A stretch of 64,000 bases of DNA. It comes from Azolla caroliniana (lineage: Eukaryota > Plantae > Polypodiophyta). The notes under the pieces were generated by a model. The model was given only the letters and a program-made list of their open reading frames with translations, ran no database searches and was not told the DNA's origin. Numbering within the stretch: the first letter of the stretch is position 1; the number at the start of each line of letters is the position of its first letter. Of this stretch, positions 28,769-40,771 are shown piece after piece. The DNA lies in contig JBHGNT010000015.1 of NCBI GenBank assembly GCA_043228905.1, positions 2,666,001-2,730,000 on the forward strand. Direction: 5' to 3'. Both the position numbers and the translations under genes were made by a program.

Positions 28769-31700
28769 TTTTTTTCCAAAAAAAAACTCCCATAAGTTAT
28801 ACAATTTTACAAATGAGACTATTATGTACAAATCCCTGTAGGGACACGATAGTTCCATCTTATGTGGATGCCCACTGACTCAAGAAAGGGAGAGGACGAC
28901 CATTGTTGGATGAAGGCTATTCATTGTCTTTCGACTCCATCGGAGCCGCCATTGAGGCCATCATATTGGCTCTTTAGAGTGGCTACAATTTCATTACATA
29001 TATCTTGCAGTAACCTTGTTGGATGTGTGGTTTGGTTGGAGAAGACCCGTTTACACTGTTGTTTCCATAGAATCCGAAGAGTTAATGGGCTGACCAATTC
29101 CAATACAACTTGAGATTTGTCATTAAGAGGAGTTGAGTGGACATTGCCGTTGGTGGAGAAAAAAACCTCTTGTGCGTTTATCACCAAAGTCATCCCCTCC
29201 TCCTGATGCTCGGTCTGCCATGATAGCCAACATATATTTCCCCACTTGATTGAGCCTTGCACCTGGCATAATTGCAACAAGTGGCCAACCCCCTTCCATA
29301 TTCGATGGGACAATGGGCAGTCCCATAGAGCGTGTCGTATTGATTCTATTGCATTTGGGCACTCTACACAATTAGGAGAGCTAAGGTTCCCACGTTGCCA
29401 TGCTCCCACCGGTAGTGACTTATCTATTAATAGCCATTGGAACGTTGTAATTCGCCTCACGTGTTGTTGTTTCCAGACTTTCTACCAAAACTTGGTGATA
29501 ATTGTGTGAGGAACTTGAAATGTGGCGACCCAATCTAGTTGTGAATTGGAAGAAAGGGATGGGTTTGCTTCCTTGCCCCATGTAAGGATCGCGCCATGTC
29601 CATTGCAAAGGGTCCCAACTGACCGTACGTAGCCATGTGTTTTCATGAGTACACATGTGCCAATCGGGTTGTACTTTGATCGGATCAGGATCTACAATCC
29701 ATTTATGACCAATATACGCGAGTACTCGAATTGCGTTATTTTGTGGTGGACCTTCTATACTTTTTCCTGGACCTTCTGCAATGTATCCCCATGACAACCC
29801 CTTATGTGATCCCAATAGTTGATTAGATTCATCCTTGATACATGGGTTCCATAGGATACGTTGACTAAGCCAAGCAGGTTCGGATGTCAGTTGATCGCAC
29901 TTGAGCCCTCGTCTAATGTCACACCATGCCTTCCACATGGATGCACTGAATCTATCCTCCAATTGGCGGGAGAAACTAGGTTTGAGATTCATGTTTAGAA
30001 TCCATCCCGTTTGGGGGGCCCAATTGACCCCTTTTCGTGGCCTAAAGTAAGCGAAACATAACCGCAATAGCATTTTCCAACAGACATTTCCTGGTTGGAG
30101 TCCTCACACCACAAATTTGGCAAGTAAGGCTTTTGATTGTGAAAGGGGATAAATAAGACCCAATCCCCCTCTCGACTTAGGTGTTGTGAGTATAGGCCAC
30201 GCCACCTTGGCGCAAGTTACATGATCTTCCTTACCAAACCAAATGTAGTTGCGTACCAGTCGTTGAATCTGTTGTATACTTTCCTTGGAGATTGTCCAAC
30301 ATGATAGACTGTACCATGTTGTTGCGAGTAGTACCTAGTTTTCCACTATGATGTGACCCGCTAGCGACAGTTTTTTCAAACTCCAATGTATCAACTTTTG
30401 TCGAATGGAATGGATCACGGGTGCAATCATAGTCTCCAAAGGTATGTTGAAACCAATTTGGAAACCCAAATATTTGGTGCTCACTCCTTGATTGATCCAT
30501 TTGAAAGCGGGATGGGGGTGCCACCCAGGATGTGTTTCAAGAGAAAGCCATATTGCACAGGATTTGTGCCAATTGATCATGGCTTTAGATCTCTTGCAAA
30601 ATACGGCTAACCCACTTTCTAGCTTATGGAGGTTTGCCAAGTCCCCTTGCAGGTAGACCGCGGTGTCATCTGCAAATTCTATATCCAGGATGCTTTGGTG
30701 AGAATGAGGTACGGGAAGACCACGTAGGTTGAGATGTAGCGAGTTGCGAAAGCAAGAGAGTGCTTCGGCATATAATAGAAATAAGAATGGAGCTAGTGGG
30801 CATCCTTGTCGTACAAATCGGGATATTCGGAAAAAGGGGCCCCTTTGACCTACCAGTGAAACGCAACTATTGTCGGTCCTATTGTAAAGAATCGATGGTG
30901 ATTCTTGTGCAACGGAATAGATGTGCGTTATGTGCGTATATGTGTGCGAGAAAAAAGAGGAGAGAAAAGAGAACTCAAGATAGATAAATGAGAGGAAAAT
31001 AGAATACTCAAGAAGAAGGTGTATATTTCACAAGTAGAATAAAATTTACAAAATGTAGCATAACAAGGAGTCACAACTGACCTAGTATGAAGTAGGAGAA
31101 GGGTGCTTTATATATAGTCACCCTCTCTCTTCATTAACTAACTACAACAATTACTCTCTCTTGGGAAATGTGAAGACTCATAGTCATGGGGAATATGTAA
31201 CTCATTAGTTATGTGTCATAGAGTATGATTCTATGACACATAGTTAATGTGTAGAGAGTAGTGGTGTGACTCTTGACCTTTGAGTAATCATGGATTCTCA
31301 AAAGGTGTGTTCACACGTTGTGTTATGTTTATCCATGTCTCTTGAAAGCCGAGTTTCCCTATCACACTTTCTAGAAAGTTCCAACATACGTTGTCATATG
31401 CTTTCTCAAAATCTAGTAGCACCACCACTATCTTGTTGTTGGTACGTTTGGCAAGGGCTACTGATTTCCATAATAAGAAGAGGTTGTCTAGGATGCTCCG
31501 ATTTCTAACGAAACCTGTCTGGGACGGATGAATGAGTTGAGGGAGAAGTGATATTAAACGGCGTGCCACGATTTTTGCAAGCAACTTATAGACAGTATTG
31601 AGAAGAGTTATGGGCCGCCACATGCCATTGGCACTCCCACCACTTTTAGGAATGAGATGTATCATCCCTTGTCCAAATTCCTCCGGCATGTTTCTAGTGG

Positions 31701-31959
31701 TGATGATCTCCTCATATGCCTAGAGGAGGGCTTCTTTAATAGTGTCCCAAAGGCATGTGAAAAAGTGAGGGGTGAGGTTGTCGATTCCGGGGCAACTATC
31801 TGCATCCAAATAAGAGAGGGCCTCCCATATCTCGATGATTGATAGGGGACACACGAGCCATGTATTCATTTCCGTCGTGACTTTCTCGAGTATGCTTTGG
31901 AGGATAATATCTTCTCTTATGTCTTCCCCTATGGCCATAGTATCTTCGGTAAGTAGGCG
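28769..31959 (-). mobile_element. 5'-truncated L1-clade LINE (ORF2 RT to C-terminal CCHC), decayed
   Basis: Minus translations: CPGIDNLT, WRPITLLNTVYKLLAK, LLDFEKAYD, VRQGCPLAP, EFADDT, CVEC...ESIRHALWDC. Poly(A)-side T-run near 28770; 21-bp TSD tttatttatttWgttttgttt at 28748-28768 and 31960-31980. Confidence 0.9.
30871..31315. mobile_element. Solo-LTR-like insertion interrupting the LINE RT
   Basis: Non-coding block starting tgtcgg at 30871 with a TATATATA box. It separates LINE GFQETWINI from FRISRFVRQG; the right boundary is uncertain. Confidence 0.55.
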
Positions 31960-33001
31960 TTTATTTATTTAGTTTTGTTTCTCAACCCAAGGTTGGGAGA
32001 CATTTTGTATCACAAGATTGGGTACTTTGACTTTTCAACCTTATTATTGCATTAAAGAGAGATTTGAAATTAGGCAATCCAATAACCATATTAGAAATAT
32101 TGTTTGGATACAATACTTCAAAAGGGACGACGATAGATATTAAAACGGGATGACCATAGATATTAAGGAACACCGGTTGTACAGAACACGCAATTTGTGA
32201 GTTATTGCTCGTTAATATCCCAATTAAAAGGAAAACATCTCAATGTATTTCATTTGTTTTTCTTTTGTCATGTCTTTTTTGGTTGCATGTAGCATATTGT
32301 TAAGATATGGGTATGAGGGAGGCCCAATGGGTATGATGCACTGCAATTATTGACTAATCTAACCTCAAGATTGAATTCTGGCAATGATATTAGAGCAATA
32401 CAAGTAATATAGAAGTCATAGCATTGTATGTTGGATAGTTTGACTAGTTTATCAACATCATTCTCGATTCTAGTTTCTCTAATGACCTTATATCCGTATA
32501 GTATTTAGAGCTTAAGTGTTTTTAGGACATTGGATCATGAGCATAATGTTGGGAATGTGGAGCCGGCCACAACCGGTTAGTAGGTGAGATGAGAAAGGAA
32601 ATAAACGAAACAAAAGACAAAAACACAAAGACACGAGATTTTAACGTGGAAACCTAGAATGGGAGAAACCACAGGAGCCCACAAACTCCAAACAGAATCA
32701 CTATAAGGATGAGTATACAAGAGACTCAAAGGCAACAACCTTGAGCTCGTCTTTGTCTGACAGACGAGTACACACTCTCACGCTCTCTTAGATTACACAG
32801 TGATTAGATTCTCTCTCTATACCCCATCATGTCATAATGATTGCCCTAGGTATATTTATACACATACACAATATGGCTATTTAAAAATGTTGCCTCTAAT
32901 GGGCATTCGACTCTCTACCAGTCTTCATTTGATTCACATATTTAGCTGTTGTTTGGATAGATTAACTTGTGGTTGACCCTTAGCTTATCGACTATTGGTC
33001 G

Positions 33002-36000
33002 TGTTGGAAGCAATGTCGTCAATGCGGAAGATCTAGAAGCATTCGATTGCTGTTCAGTACCTGCGTATGACTGTTCGTAGGTCGTTGCACAGAGAGAGAG
33101 AGAGAGAGAGACAAAGAGGCACAAAAAACACTCTATTGCATAAACAAATGATACAACAACCAACCTCACAAAGAGGTTACAAGGTCACTATATATAGTGA
33201 CCGACTTAGGGCAACTACCCTTTATGATAATTACATAAATGGCCAAAACGGGATAATGTTGAATACGTCCATTATACACATGTATTCGACACTCCCCCGT
33301 AATGGGCGTATACATGGGTTATCTAAGATTACAGGTATAGACTTAGGTTCTCGGACATATCAGCTTTGTTCGAGTCGGCAGGGTCCGAAGGCAGAAGACC
33401 GAACTGGTCGGGTCGGAACAGTTGAAGCCGATCATTAAGGAACTGATGTCGGTTGTCGGGAACCATCCTGCTCTGTGCCCGGCTCTAACCGGACTGGTTT
33501 GTCGTTACGCCCATCTGATGCCGAAGAGACCGAAAACGGTCTGCCGAGAGACACTTGGTCATTCCATCTGCGACATTGTCGGTTGTGGATATTTTCTCTA
33601 GACCGATTTTCCCTGAGATGACGCAGTCCCGAACGAAGTGATATCGAACGTCGATATGTTTGGAGGCGTTGTGGTGAACCGGATTTTTTGACAAGGCAAC
33701 AGCACCTTGACTGTCGCTGTAGATAACTGGAGCCGAGTCATGTTCGACTTGTCGAAACGTGTGCGCCAGCCGACCGAGCCACAAAGCTTCTTTTGCTGCG
33801 TCGGACGCAGCTACATATTCTGCTTCGGTCGTTGAGGTCGCTGTGCACTCCTGAAGTTTCGACTTCCACGAGATTGCTCCATTGCCGAATTTGAAGCAGT
33901 ATCCGGTTGTTGATTTCCGACTGTCTATACAGCCGGCGAAGTCCGAGTCGGTGTAACCGACTACGCCAGAGGTTCGGTTCGGACCGAAAAGAATGCCATG
34001 GTCTTTTGTGCCAGTCAGATATCTGAACACATGCTTGACTGCGTTCCAATGCGATCGGCCAGGATTGTGCATAAATCTGCTAACGACTCCTACTGCATGA
34101 GAAATATCAGGCCGTGTCGCGACCATCAGGTACATAAGGGAGCCGACTGCCGGTGCATACGGTACCGACTTCATATCTTCCCCCTCCGGACCGGATGTCG
34201 GGCAGTCTCGCTGAGAGAGCCGAAGATTCATGGGGAGCGGGGTTGAAGCAGATTTGGCTGATTGCATGTTGAAGCGTTCTAAGACACGTCGGGTATAGTC
34301 GGTCTGAGACAAAAAAAGATGTCGTTTATCGCGATGCCGACTAATCTTCATGCCGAGTATGTGTCGTGCCGGACCGAGGTCCTTCATGGCAAACTTCAAC
34401 CGCAGTTGCCGAATGAGATCGGCAAGTTCGCCCGCGTGGCGTCCAGAAATTAGCATGTCGTCCACGGAAATGATGAGGAAGATGGGTGATCCATCTTGAG
34501 CTGTGTTGGTGAAGAGACAATGGTCCTCATCGCTTTTTGAGAAGCCGATCGATTGGATGAAGTCGTCGAACTTCTTGTACCATTGTCGCGGTGCCTGTTT
34601 GAGGCCGTATAGACTCTTCCTGAGTCGGCAGACTAGATGTTCTTGGCCGGTTGCCACGAAGCCTTTTGGCTGCTCCATATAAATTTCCTCCTCGAGATCA
34701 CCATGGAGGAAGGCTGTTTTGACATCTAGCTGAATCAGCTCCAAGTTGTCGGCTGCCACTACGCCGAGTAGGAAACGAAGGGTTGTCATTTTCACCACTG
34801 GTGAAAAAATCTCGTCGAAGTCGACGCCATATTCTTGTCGGAAGCCCTTCGCAACTAATCTGGCCTTGTACTTTGGGGTGGTCGAATCTGACGTCTCTTT
34901 TAGTCGATAAACCCACTTGCAAGGAAGAGCACGTCGGTTCCTAGGTAATTCGACCAGATCCCAAGTCTTGTTTGCCCGAATGGAGTGCATTTCCGACTCC
35001 ATCGCCAGATGCCAGGTGGCTGAATCGACAGATGTCGATGCCTCTTCGTAAGACGTCGGTTCGCCGGCGTCGGTGAAGAAAATTCCAGGAGAATACCTCT
35101 CCGGAGGTTGCGACAGTCTCTCGGATCGTCGAGGCATGATTGGACTGGTCGCATCGGGTATCGTGGTCGGATGGTCCGAAAGCGGATTGTTCTGCTGTGC
35201 CGAGTCGGGGTTGTCCGAGTCGGTAGTGTAAGGTTCAGCTACCCGTGAAGCTGACCGTGTGTTGAGAGCAGGGCCTTCTTGAAGGGTCGGCACATCGGAA
35301 AATGTTACCCTTCGGACTTCGATTGGTTTTTCGATTGATGGATTCATAGCCGACTCGTTGAACACAACGTCCGAACTTCGAACGATTTGTCTGCGTTCGG
35401 GGTCCCAGAGTCGGTATCCCATTTCGCCGTCGGATCCATATCCAAGGAAAATGCATTTCCTGGACCGAGGTGCAAGTTTTCGGCGATCATCTTTCGGAAT
35501 AAGGGCGTACGCCTCGCATCCGAAGATCCTCAGCTTGTCGTAATTCGGCTTACTGCCGATCCATAGTTCTTGAGGAATTTGAAGTCCTAGAGGTCTACTT
35601 GGCGACATATTGATTATGTGTGCTGCCGTGAGTAGAGCCTCTGCCCAGAAGCCATCCGATAGTCCGGAGTGTTGGAGCATGGAAACTATCCGTTCTTGGA
35701 TTGTCCGATTCATGCGTTCGGCAATCCCGTTTTGCTCCGGACTGTGTGGTGCCGTAAATTCACGTCGAATGCCGCGTTGTCGGCAGAATTTGACGAATTC
35801 TTCGGATTTGAACTCTCCCCCATTGTCTGTCCGAAAGCATTTCAGCTTTCGGTCGGTTTGATTTTCCACCATAGCGAGCCAATCTGAAAAGATCGAGAAG
35901 ACACGATCTTTGGTGCGAATTGGATACGCCCACACCTTTCGAGTCGAGTCGTCAATGAAAGTGACGAAGTAAGATGCACCGCCTAGAGATTGATGCGGCA

Positions 36001-38465
36001 TTGGGCCGCAGACGTCCGAGTGGACCAAGTCGAGAGGTCTCGTTTCTCTTGGTGCTGATGTCGGGTGTGATGTGGCGGCTTGTTTGCCATACTGGCAATG
36101 CTCGCAGAATTGATGGTCGGAGAAGGAGAGTTTGGGGATGTATCCGGCTCTAGATAGATGCGTGATGCCGGCCTTGCTGAGGTGTCCCAATCGTCGGTGC
36201 CATAGTGATGACACAGGAATATCCACCAAAAACAGGTTACCCTCTCTGAGCGTAACATGTAACGGATACAGTGAGTGTATCTTGGGTCCTCTAGCAAGCA
36301 GGAGGTTCCCCCTGTGGAGTGTCCACCCTCCCGAAGAGAAACCGGCACGAATGCCGTCTTCATCTAGTTGTCCGACTGAGATCAATGGCCTTGAGAGCTC
36401 GGGTACATGTCGGACATTGTGGAGTACAAGTGTAGAGCCACCTGCAAGGTTGAGCTCTACTGTGCCGATTCCGATGATGTCACAGTGTTGTGAGTTGCCG
36501 ACCCGAACTGAGTCGGAGTGACGGATCGTATATTGCCGAAATTGGGATCGATGAGGAGTCACGTGAAATGACGCGCCCGAATCCAAGAGCCATGTGCTCG
36601 ATTCTTCAGTCGTGAGCAGAACTTCTGAGCCAACTGGATTTTCGATTGATAGTATGTTCGGGTCTTCTGGTAGCACATCAGCTGAGAAGCTGACGTAGTT
36701 GATCTCCTCATGCCGGCCACTCTTCTTGTTGTTCTTGTTCTTGAGTGCGCGGCAGTCGGCTTTGATGTGTCCGGGTTTCTTGCAGTAGTTGCAGATTCGG
36801 TTATCCCGTGACTGGCTCCGTCTTCGCTGATTGTTCGGCGGTCGTGAGGAATCTCTTCCTCGTATGTTCGATCGGTCTGTCGAACCTTGTACTACGTAAG
36901 CGTCGTCTGTTGAGTCTTTGGCGAAAGACTTTCTCCGAGCTGCTTCGGTCAGGATTGCGCTCGTGACTTCGGAGTATTTAACAGCCGTGGTTGACGCGTT
37001 GCACACGGTTGTGACGAAAGTTTCCCATGATGGGGGAAGGCTGCTCATGAGTATCATTGCTCTGAGTTCATCCTCGATTGCCGTCCCCTGTGACGAGATT
37101 TGGGAGCTTATGCTTTCGTACTCATTGAGGTGTGCTTGGACCGAGTCGGATTCTTTCATCCGCAAGTTGTAGAGGCGCCGGATCAGAAACATCTTCGTTG
37201 CGGCGACCTTCTTTTCGTAAGTGTCCGACAGTGTTTTCCACAGTTCGAATGCTGTCGTACACGATTGCACCGTGAAGTATACCGATTCCGATAGGTGCAT
37301 CCGAATCGTGGCGCGGACGATTCTGTCCAGCTTCTGCCACTCAATTGGTTTGTATCCTTCTGGAGGTTCTTCATGTTCGATGGGGTCGATTTGCCCCTTG
37401 ACTATGAGATAGTCCTGCATTTGTTCCTTCCAGAAGTTGAAGTTCGATCCATCGAACTTTCGTAGACTCATTTCTGACGAGCCTGATGTTGATGCCATCA
37501 AATTCGGTTTCGGTTGACGAAGCTCGGTTCAGAGTTGACTGCGAACCTTGTTGGAGTGCAGCCGGTTGGCTCACCCGATATCGTTCTAGTCGGATTTGAA
37601 CCCGAGTCGGTTCGGCTTCGGAACTTGCTCGAATTGACTCCGGTAACTTGAGGGACAGAGCCGACTGGTCTTCCCGAATGTTGCCGAGTCGGAGTGAGCC
37701 CGGTTCGCTTCGGATATATGTGCCGAATACCGATTATTGAAACCGATTATCTGGACCGATTCTGCTTCGGTTGACTGCAGCGACGAGAGAGACAGATCCA
37801 ACTGATCCTCTCGAATGTCGATCAGCCGGATGAAGCACGAATTTAGGGTTGTTGTCTTGAGACCGATCTGCACCGAGTGGTTACAACGAGCGGCGTTTGA
37901 TGACCTCCTCGAATGCCGTTTAACCGAATGGAGCACGATCGTGTCAAAGTTGCACAAGGGGATTTCACCTCGAGCGGTTACGATCACACGGAACGGAGTA
38001 CAACCTGTGGGCTTACTCCAAGCAAGAGGATCTAACGCAATGAGGTGCAAACCTCGTTTCTGTTCTTCTTCTCTATTTCTTCGAATGACACGGATACTGT
38101 GCAGGCCGAGATGAAGTGAAGAACCGAATGCTGTGCAGGCGGTGATGACGGCTGAACCTTCGCTCTGATACCAGATGTTGGAAGCAATGTCGTCAATGCG
38201 GAAGATCTAGAAGCATTCGATTGCTGTTCAGTACCTGCGTATGACTGTTCGTAGGTCGTTGCACAGAGAGAGAGAGAGAGAGAGACAAAGAGGCACAAAA
38301 AACACTCTATTGCATAAACAAATGATACAACAACCAACCTCACAAAGAGGTTACAAGGTCACTATATATAGTGACCGACTTAGGGCAACTACCCTTTATG
38401 ATAATTACATAAATGGCCAAAACGGGATAATGTTGAATACGTCCATTATACACATGTATTCGACA
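33002..38465 (-). mobile_element. Very young full-length Ty1/copia LTR retrotransposon
   Basis: 290-bp LTRs 33002-33291 and 38176-38465 appear identical by eye. 5-bp TSD GGTCG (32997-33001, 38466-38470); PBS TGGTATCAGAGC (38173-38162); PPT acgggggag next to 33291. Confidence 0.98.
33485..37501 (-). CDS. Copia Gag-Pol polyprotein (gag, CCHC knuckle, protease, integrase, RT, RNase H), 1338 aa
   Basis: Uninterrupted ORF: CNYCKKPGHIKADC, WLLDSGAS, HRRLGH..CEHC, VHSD/RTDNGGEF/GIAE, QLDVKTAFLHG, SVDD, YTDSD/TEAEY/YSDSQ. Confidence 0.97.
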   Translation of the reverse strand: MMASTSGSSEMSLRKFDGSNFNFWKEQMQDYLIVKGQIDPIEHEEPPEGYKPIEWQKLDRIVRATIRMHLSESVYFTVQSCTTAFELWKTLSDTYEKKVAATKMFLIRRLYNLRMKESDSVQAHLNEYESISSQISSQGTAIEDELRAMILMSSLPPSWETFVTTVCNASTTAVKYSEVTSAILTEAARRKSFAKDSTDDAYVVQGSTDRSNIRGRDSSRPPNNQRRRSQSRDNRICNYCKKPGHIKADCRALKNKNNKKSGRHEEINYVSFSADVLPEDPNILSIENPVGSEVLLTTEESSTWLLDSGASFHVTPHRSQFRQYTIRHSDSVRVGNSQHCDIIGIGTVELNLAGGSTLVLHNVRHVPELSRPLISVGQLDEDGIRAGFSSGGWTLHRGNLLLARGPKIHSLYPLHVTLREGNLFLVDIPVSSLWHRRLGHLSKAGITHLSRAGYIPKLSFSDHQFCEHCQYGKQAATSHPTSAPRETRPLDLVHSDVCGPMPHQSLGGASYFVTFIDDSTRKVWAYPIRTKDRVFSIFSDWLAMVENQTDRKLKCFRTDNGGEFKSEEFVKFCRQRGIRREFTAPHSPEQNGIAERMNRTIQERIVSMLQHSGLSDGFWAEALLTAAHIINMSPSRPLGLQIPQELWIGSKPNYDKLRIFGCEAYALIPKDDRRKLAPRSRKCIFLGYGSDGEMGYRLWDPERRQIVRSSDVVFNESAMNPSIEKPIEVRRVTFSDVPTLQEGPALNTRSASRVAEPYTTDSDNPDSAQQNNPLSDHPTTIPDATSPIMPRRSERLSQPPERYSPGIFFTDAGEPTSYEEASTSVDSATWHLAMESEMHSIRANKTWDLVELPRNRRALPCKWVYRLKETSDSTTPKYKARLVAKGFRQEYGVDFDEIFSPVVKMTTLRFLLGVVAADNLELIQLDVKTAFLHGDLEEEIYMEQPKGFVATGQEHLVCRLRKSLYGLKQAPRQWYKKFDDFIQSIGFSKSDEDHCLFTNTAQDGSPIFLIISVDDMLISGRHAGELADLIRQLRLKFAMKDLGPARHILGMKISRHRDKRHLFLSQTDYTRRVLERFNMQSAKSASTPLPMNLRLSQRDCPTSGPEGEDMKSVPYAPAVGSLMYLMVATRPDISHAVGVVSRFMHNPGRSHWNAVKHVFRYLTGTKDHGILFGPNRTSGVVGYTDSDFAGCIDSRKSTTGYCFKFGNGAISWKSKLQECTATSTTEAEYVAASDAAKEALWLGRLAHTFRQVEHDSAPVIYSDSQGAVALSKNPVHHNASKHIDVRYHFVRDCVISGKIGLEKISTTDNVADGMTKCLSADRFRSLRHQMGVTTNQSG

Positions 38466-39919
38466 GGTCGATCCGGCTGATATCTTGTATCCAGCTTCAT
38501 GTCTGGACAGGTCAACTGCTAGCCGCTTCTCGTCTAGATTCGGTCGAATGTCTTTCGGACGATCCGGATCCAACTTTCTTGCACATCCCATCCGGAGGGA
38601 CCAACTATCTCAACAAACTCCCCCTTCACTCTAGGATGGGGTAATTCAACAATCTGACTCTCTATCGGCATGCGCTTAGCTTGTCCGTTGACAACACCTT
38701 CTTCAACATGTCTGATCCATTGTCATCTGTGTGGATCTTCACTAGGGTAAATACCCTTTCTTCTACCGTTTCTCTAATCCAATGATATCTCCTATGGATA
38801 TGCTTAGTTTTGGAGTGGTAGGCGACATTCTTAGAAATGTGGATGACACTTTGATTGTCACAGTGCAGTAGGAATTGCTCTTGCCATATTGCCAACTTAA
38901 TGATTTCCTTGCTGGCTTCAACAACAACCATATACTCAGCTTCTATGGTCAACAGAGCCACAACCTCGACTACCAAGAAGCTCGACTACCAAGAAACGGA
39001 TCCCCCTGCATACATCATCACATACCTAGATGTGGATCGACTGGAATCTACATCATCCGAAATGTCGGAGTCCGTAAAGACTTCAAGCATGGGGTTACCT
39101 AAACCGTATCTGAGACATACACTTGAGGTGCTTCTCAGGTATCTAAGTATCCACTTAACTGCCACCAATGTTCCATGCCGATATTGCTCATGAACCAGCT
39201 GACCATCTCGACAACATACCCAATGTCTGGCCTAGTACATACCATTGCATACATCAAGTTTCCGACTGTTGAGGCATAGGGGATCTTGCTCATCTCAGCT
39301 TTTTGCGCTTTTGTCTTCGGACATTGGTTTCTGCTCAACTTACTGTTTGTCGGCAATGTCGAGCCAACCGGCTTCGCATTCTGCATGTTGAACTCTGGAG
39401 TACCTTTGTCACATATTTCTCTTGTGACAGCCACACCAACTTCTTTGTCCTGTCCCGGACAATGTGCATTCCCAAAATCAATTTTGTCAGACCTAAATCC
39501 TTCAATGCAAACGACTTGCTCAAAGACTTTTTCAGGCTTGCAATCTTCTTCAGGTCCTGTCCAACAATTAGCATGTCGTCAACATATAGTAAGAGGACAA
39601 GGAAGTCTTCTCCATCATACTTCTTCATGAAGACACAATGATCGGCTTGCGTCTTGTGAAACCCATGGTCTACCATGAAGGATTCAAATTTCCAATACCA
39701 TTGCTGGGACGCTTGCTTCAACACATACAAGTTCTTGCATCCAACATACCCAGTTTTCCTTTCCTTTCTCTACAAATCCTTTCAGTTGTTACATGTAGAT
39801 TTCTTCCTCCAAATCTCCATGCAAAAAAGCCATTTTGACATTCAACTTCTCCATTTCTAGATTCATGTTGGTTGTTATGCTCAACATCGTCCTTATGGAT
39901 GTCATTTTTACAATCGGGA

Positions 39920-40499
39920 TGTTAAGTGCTTGGATTGTACCATGATCGATGATGAAGAAGAGCGTATCAACAAGGACATAGTGCGGCCAATGGAACTATG
40001 AAGAGGAAATGGCAAGAGGAAAAGGAGCTAATGGATAGCCAAGTGTGAAGTCATACCTAAATGTAAATGTTATATAAACCACCTTGTGGTGTCTTTGTAA
40101 GGGTTCTTCCATTTGTAAAGGTCTCCCTATTGATTAAGAGCTAGAGCTTCCTCTCCTCCTTGTATTCCTTAAGCTTAAGAGAGATTAGTGAAGTGTTTAG
40201 TTAGAGAACACTAGTCTCTCTTCCTTGTTGGTGCTAGACCTCTTAACAAAGAGGGTTAATAAACATATTATTTACTCTTATTGTTTATATTCATTACTAT
40301 TGTTGTCTATGAGAGTGAGCTTGAGAGAGTGAAAGAGATATCGTGCTTAATCATCAATTAATCATTAAGTGAGTGTGAGACTCGGAGGTGTCCGACAACC
40401 ATCTCCGCCCGATTCGCCATCAAAAGAGTATACACCGGTCCGAGCTTTGCAAATGACATCGAGGAGGGGTTAACTCCATCGAGACATAGATCTTACACA
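39920..40499 (+). mobile_element. Solo LTR (580 bp) in the RT of the older copia
   Basis: TG...CA ends; degenerate 5-bp TSD cggga/cgagg. Removing it restores host EIFAPIVKMTSIR. Confidence 0.75.
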
Positions 40500-40771
40500 C
40501 GAGGCAAATATTTCGTTGAAATCCACACCCTTCTTCTGTTGAAAGCCCTTCACCACAATGCGGGCTTTGAATCTGGGTGGATTCCCGCCTTCTCCCAGCT
40601 TCAGTTTAAAAACCCAATGGTTCTGGAGTGCCTTCTTACCTTTTAGCATCCATCTCATCTTGCACGGCATGCAACCACTCTTTGTTGTGGGCATCTCTCT
40701 TAGCTTTTTCGAAGCTTTTTGGCTCCCCCTCATCGATTAAGAGAACATAATATTTTTCCAGAAATCTATGG

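Larger units (their letters stand above)
32547..40770 (-). mobile_element. Older decayed Ty1/copia (3' LTR plus RNase H/RT), host of the young copia
   Basis: LTR 32547-33001 + 38471-38615 (TGTTG...CAACA, ~600 bp net), PPT ctcccccttc after 38615. Minus fragments IEAEY, KTKHIHRRYHWIR, FTDSD, LLYVDDMLIVG, FKARIVVKGFQQKKGVDFNEIF. Confidence 0.85.

Noticed and set aside
33738-38114. Many short alternative-frame or antisense ORFs within the young copia
   Set aside because: Shadows of a GC-balanced gag-pol and leader; no recognisable domains.
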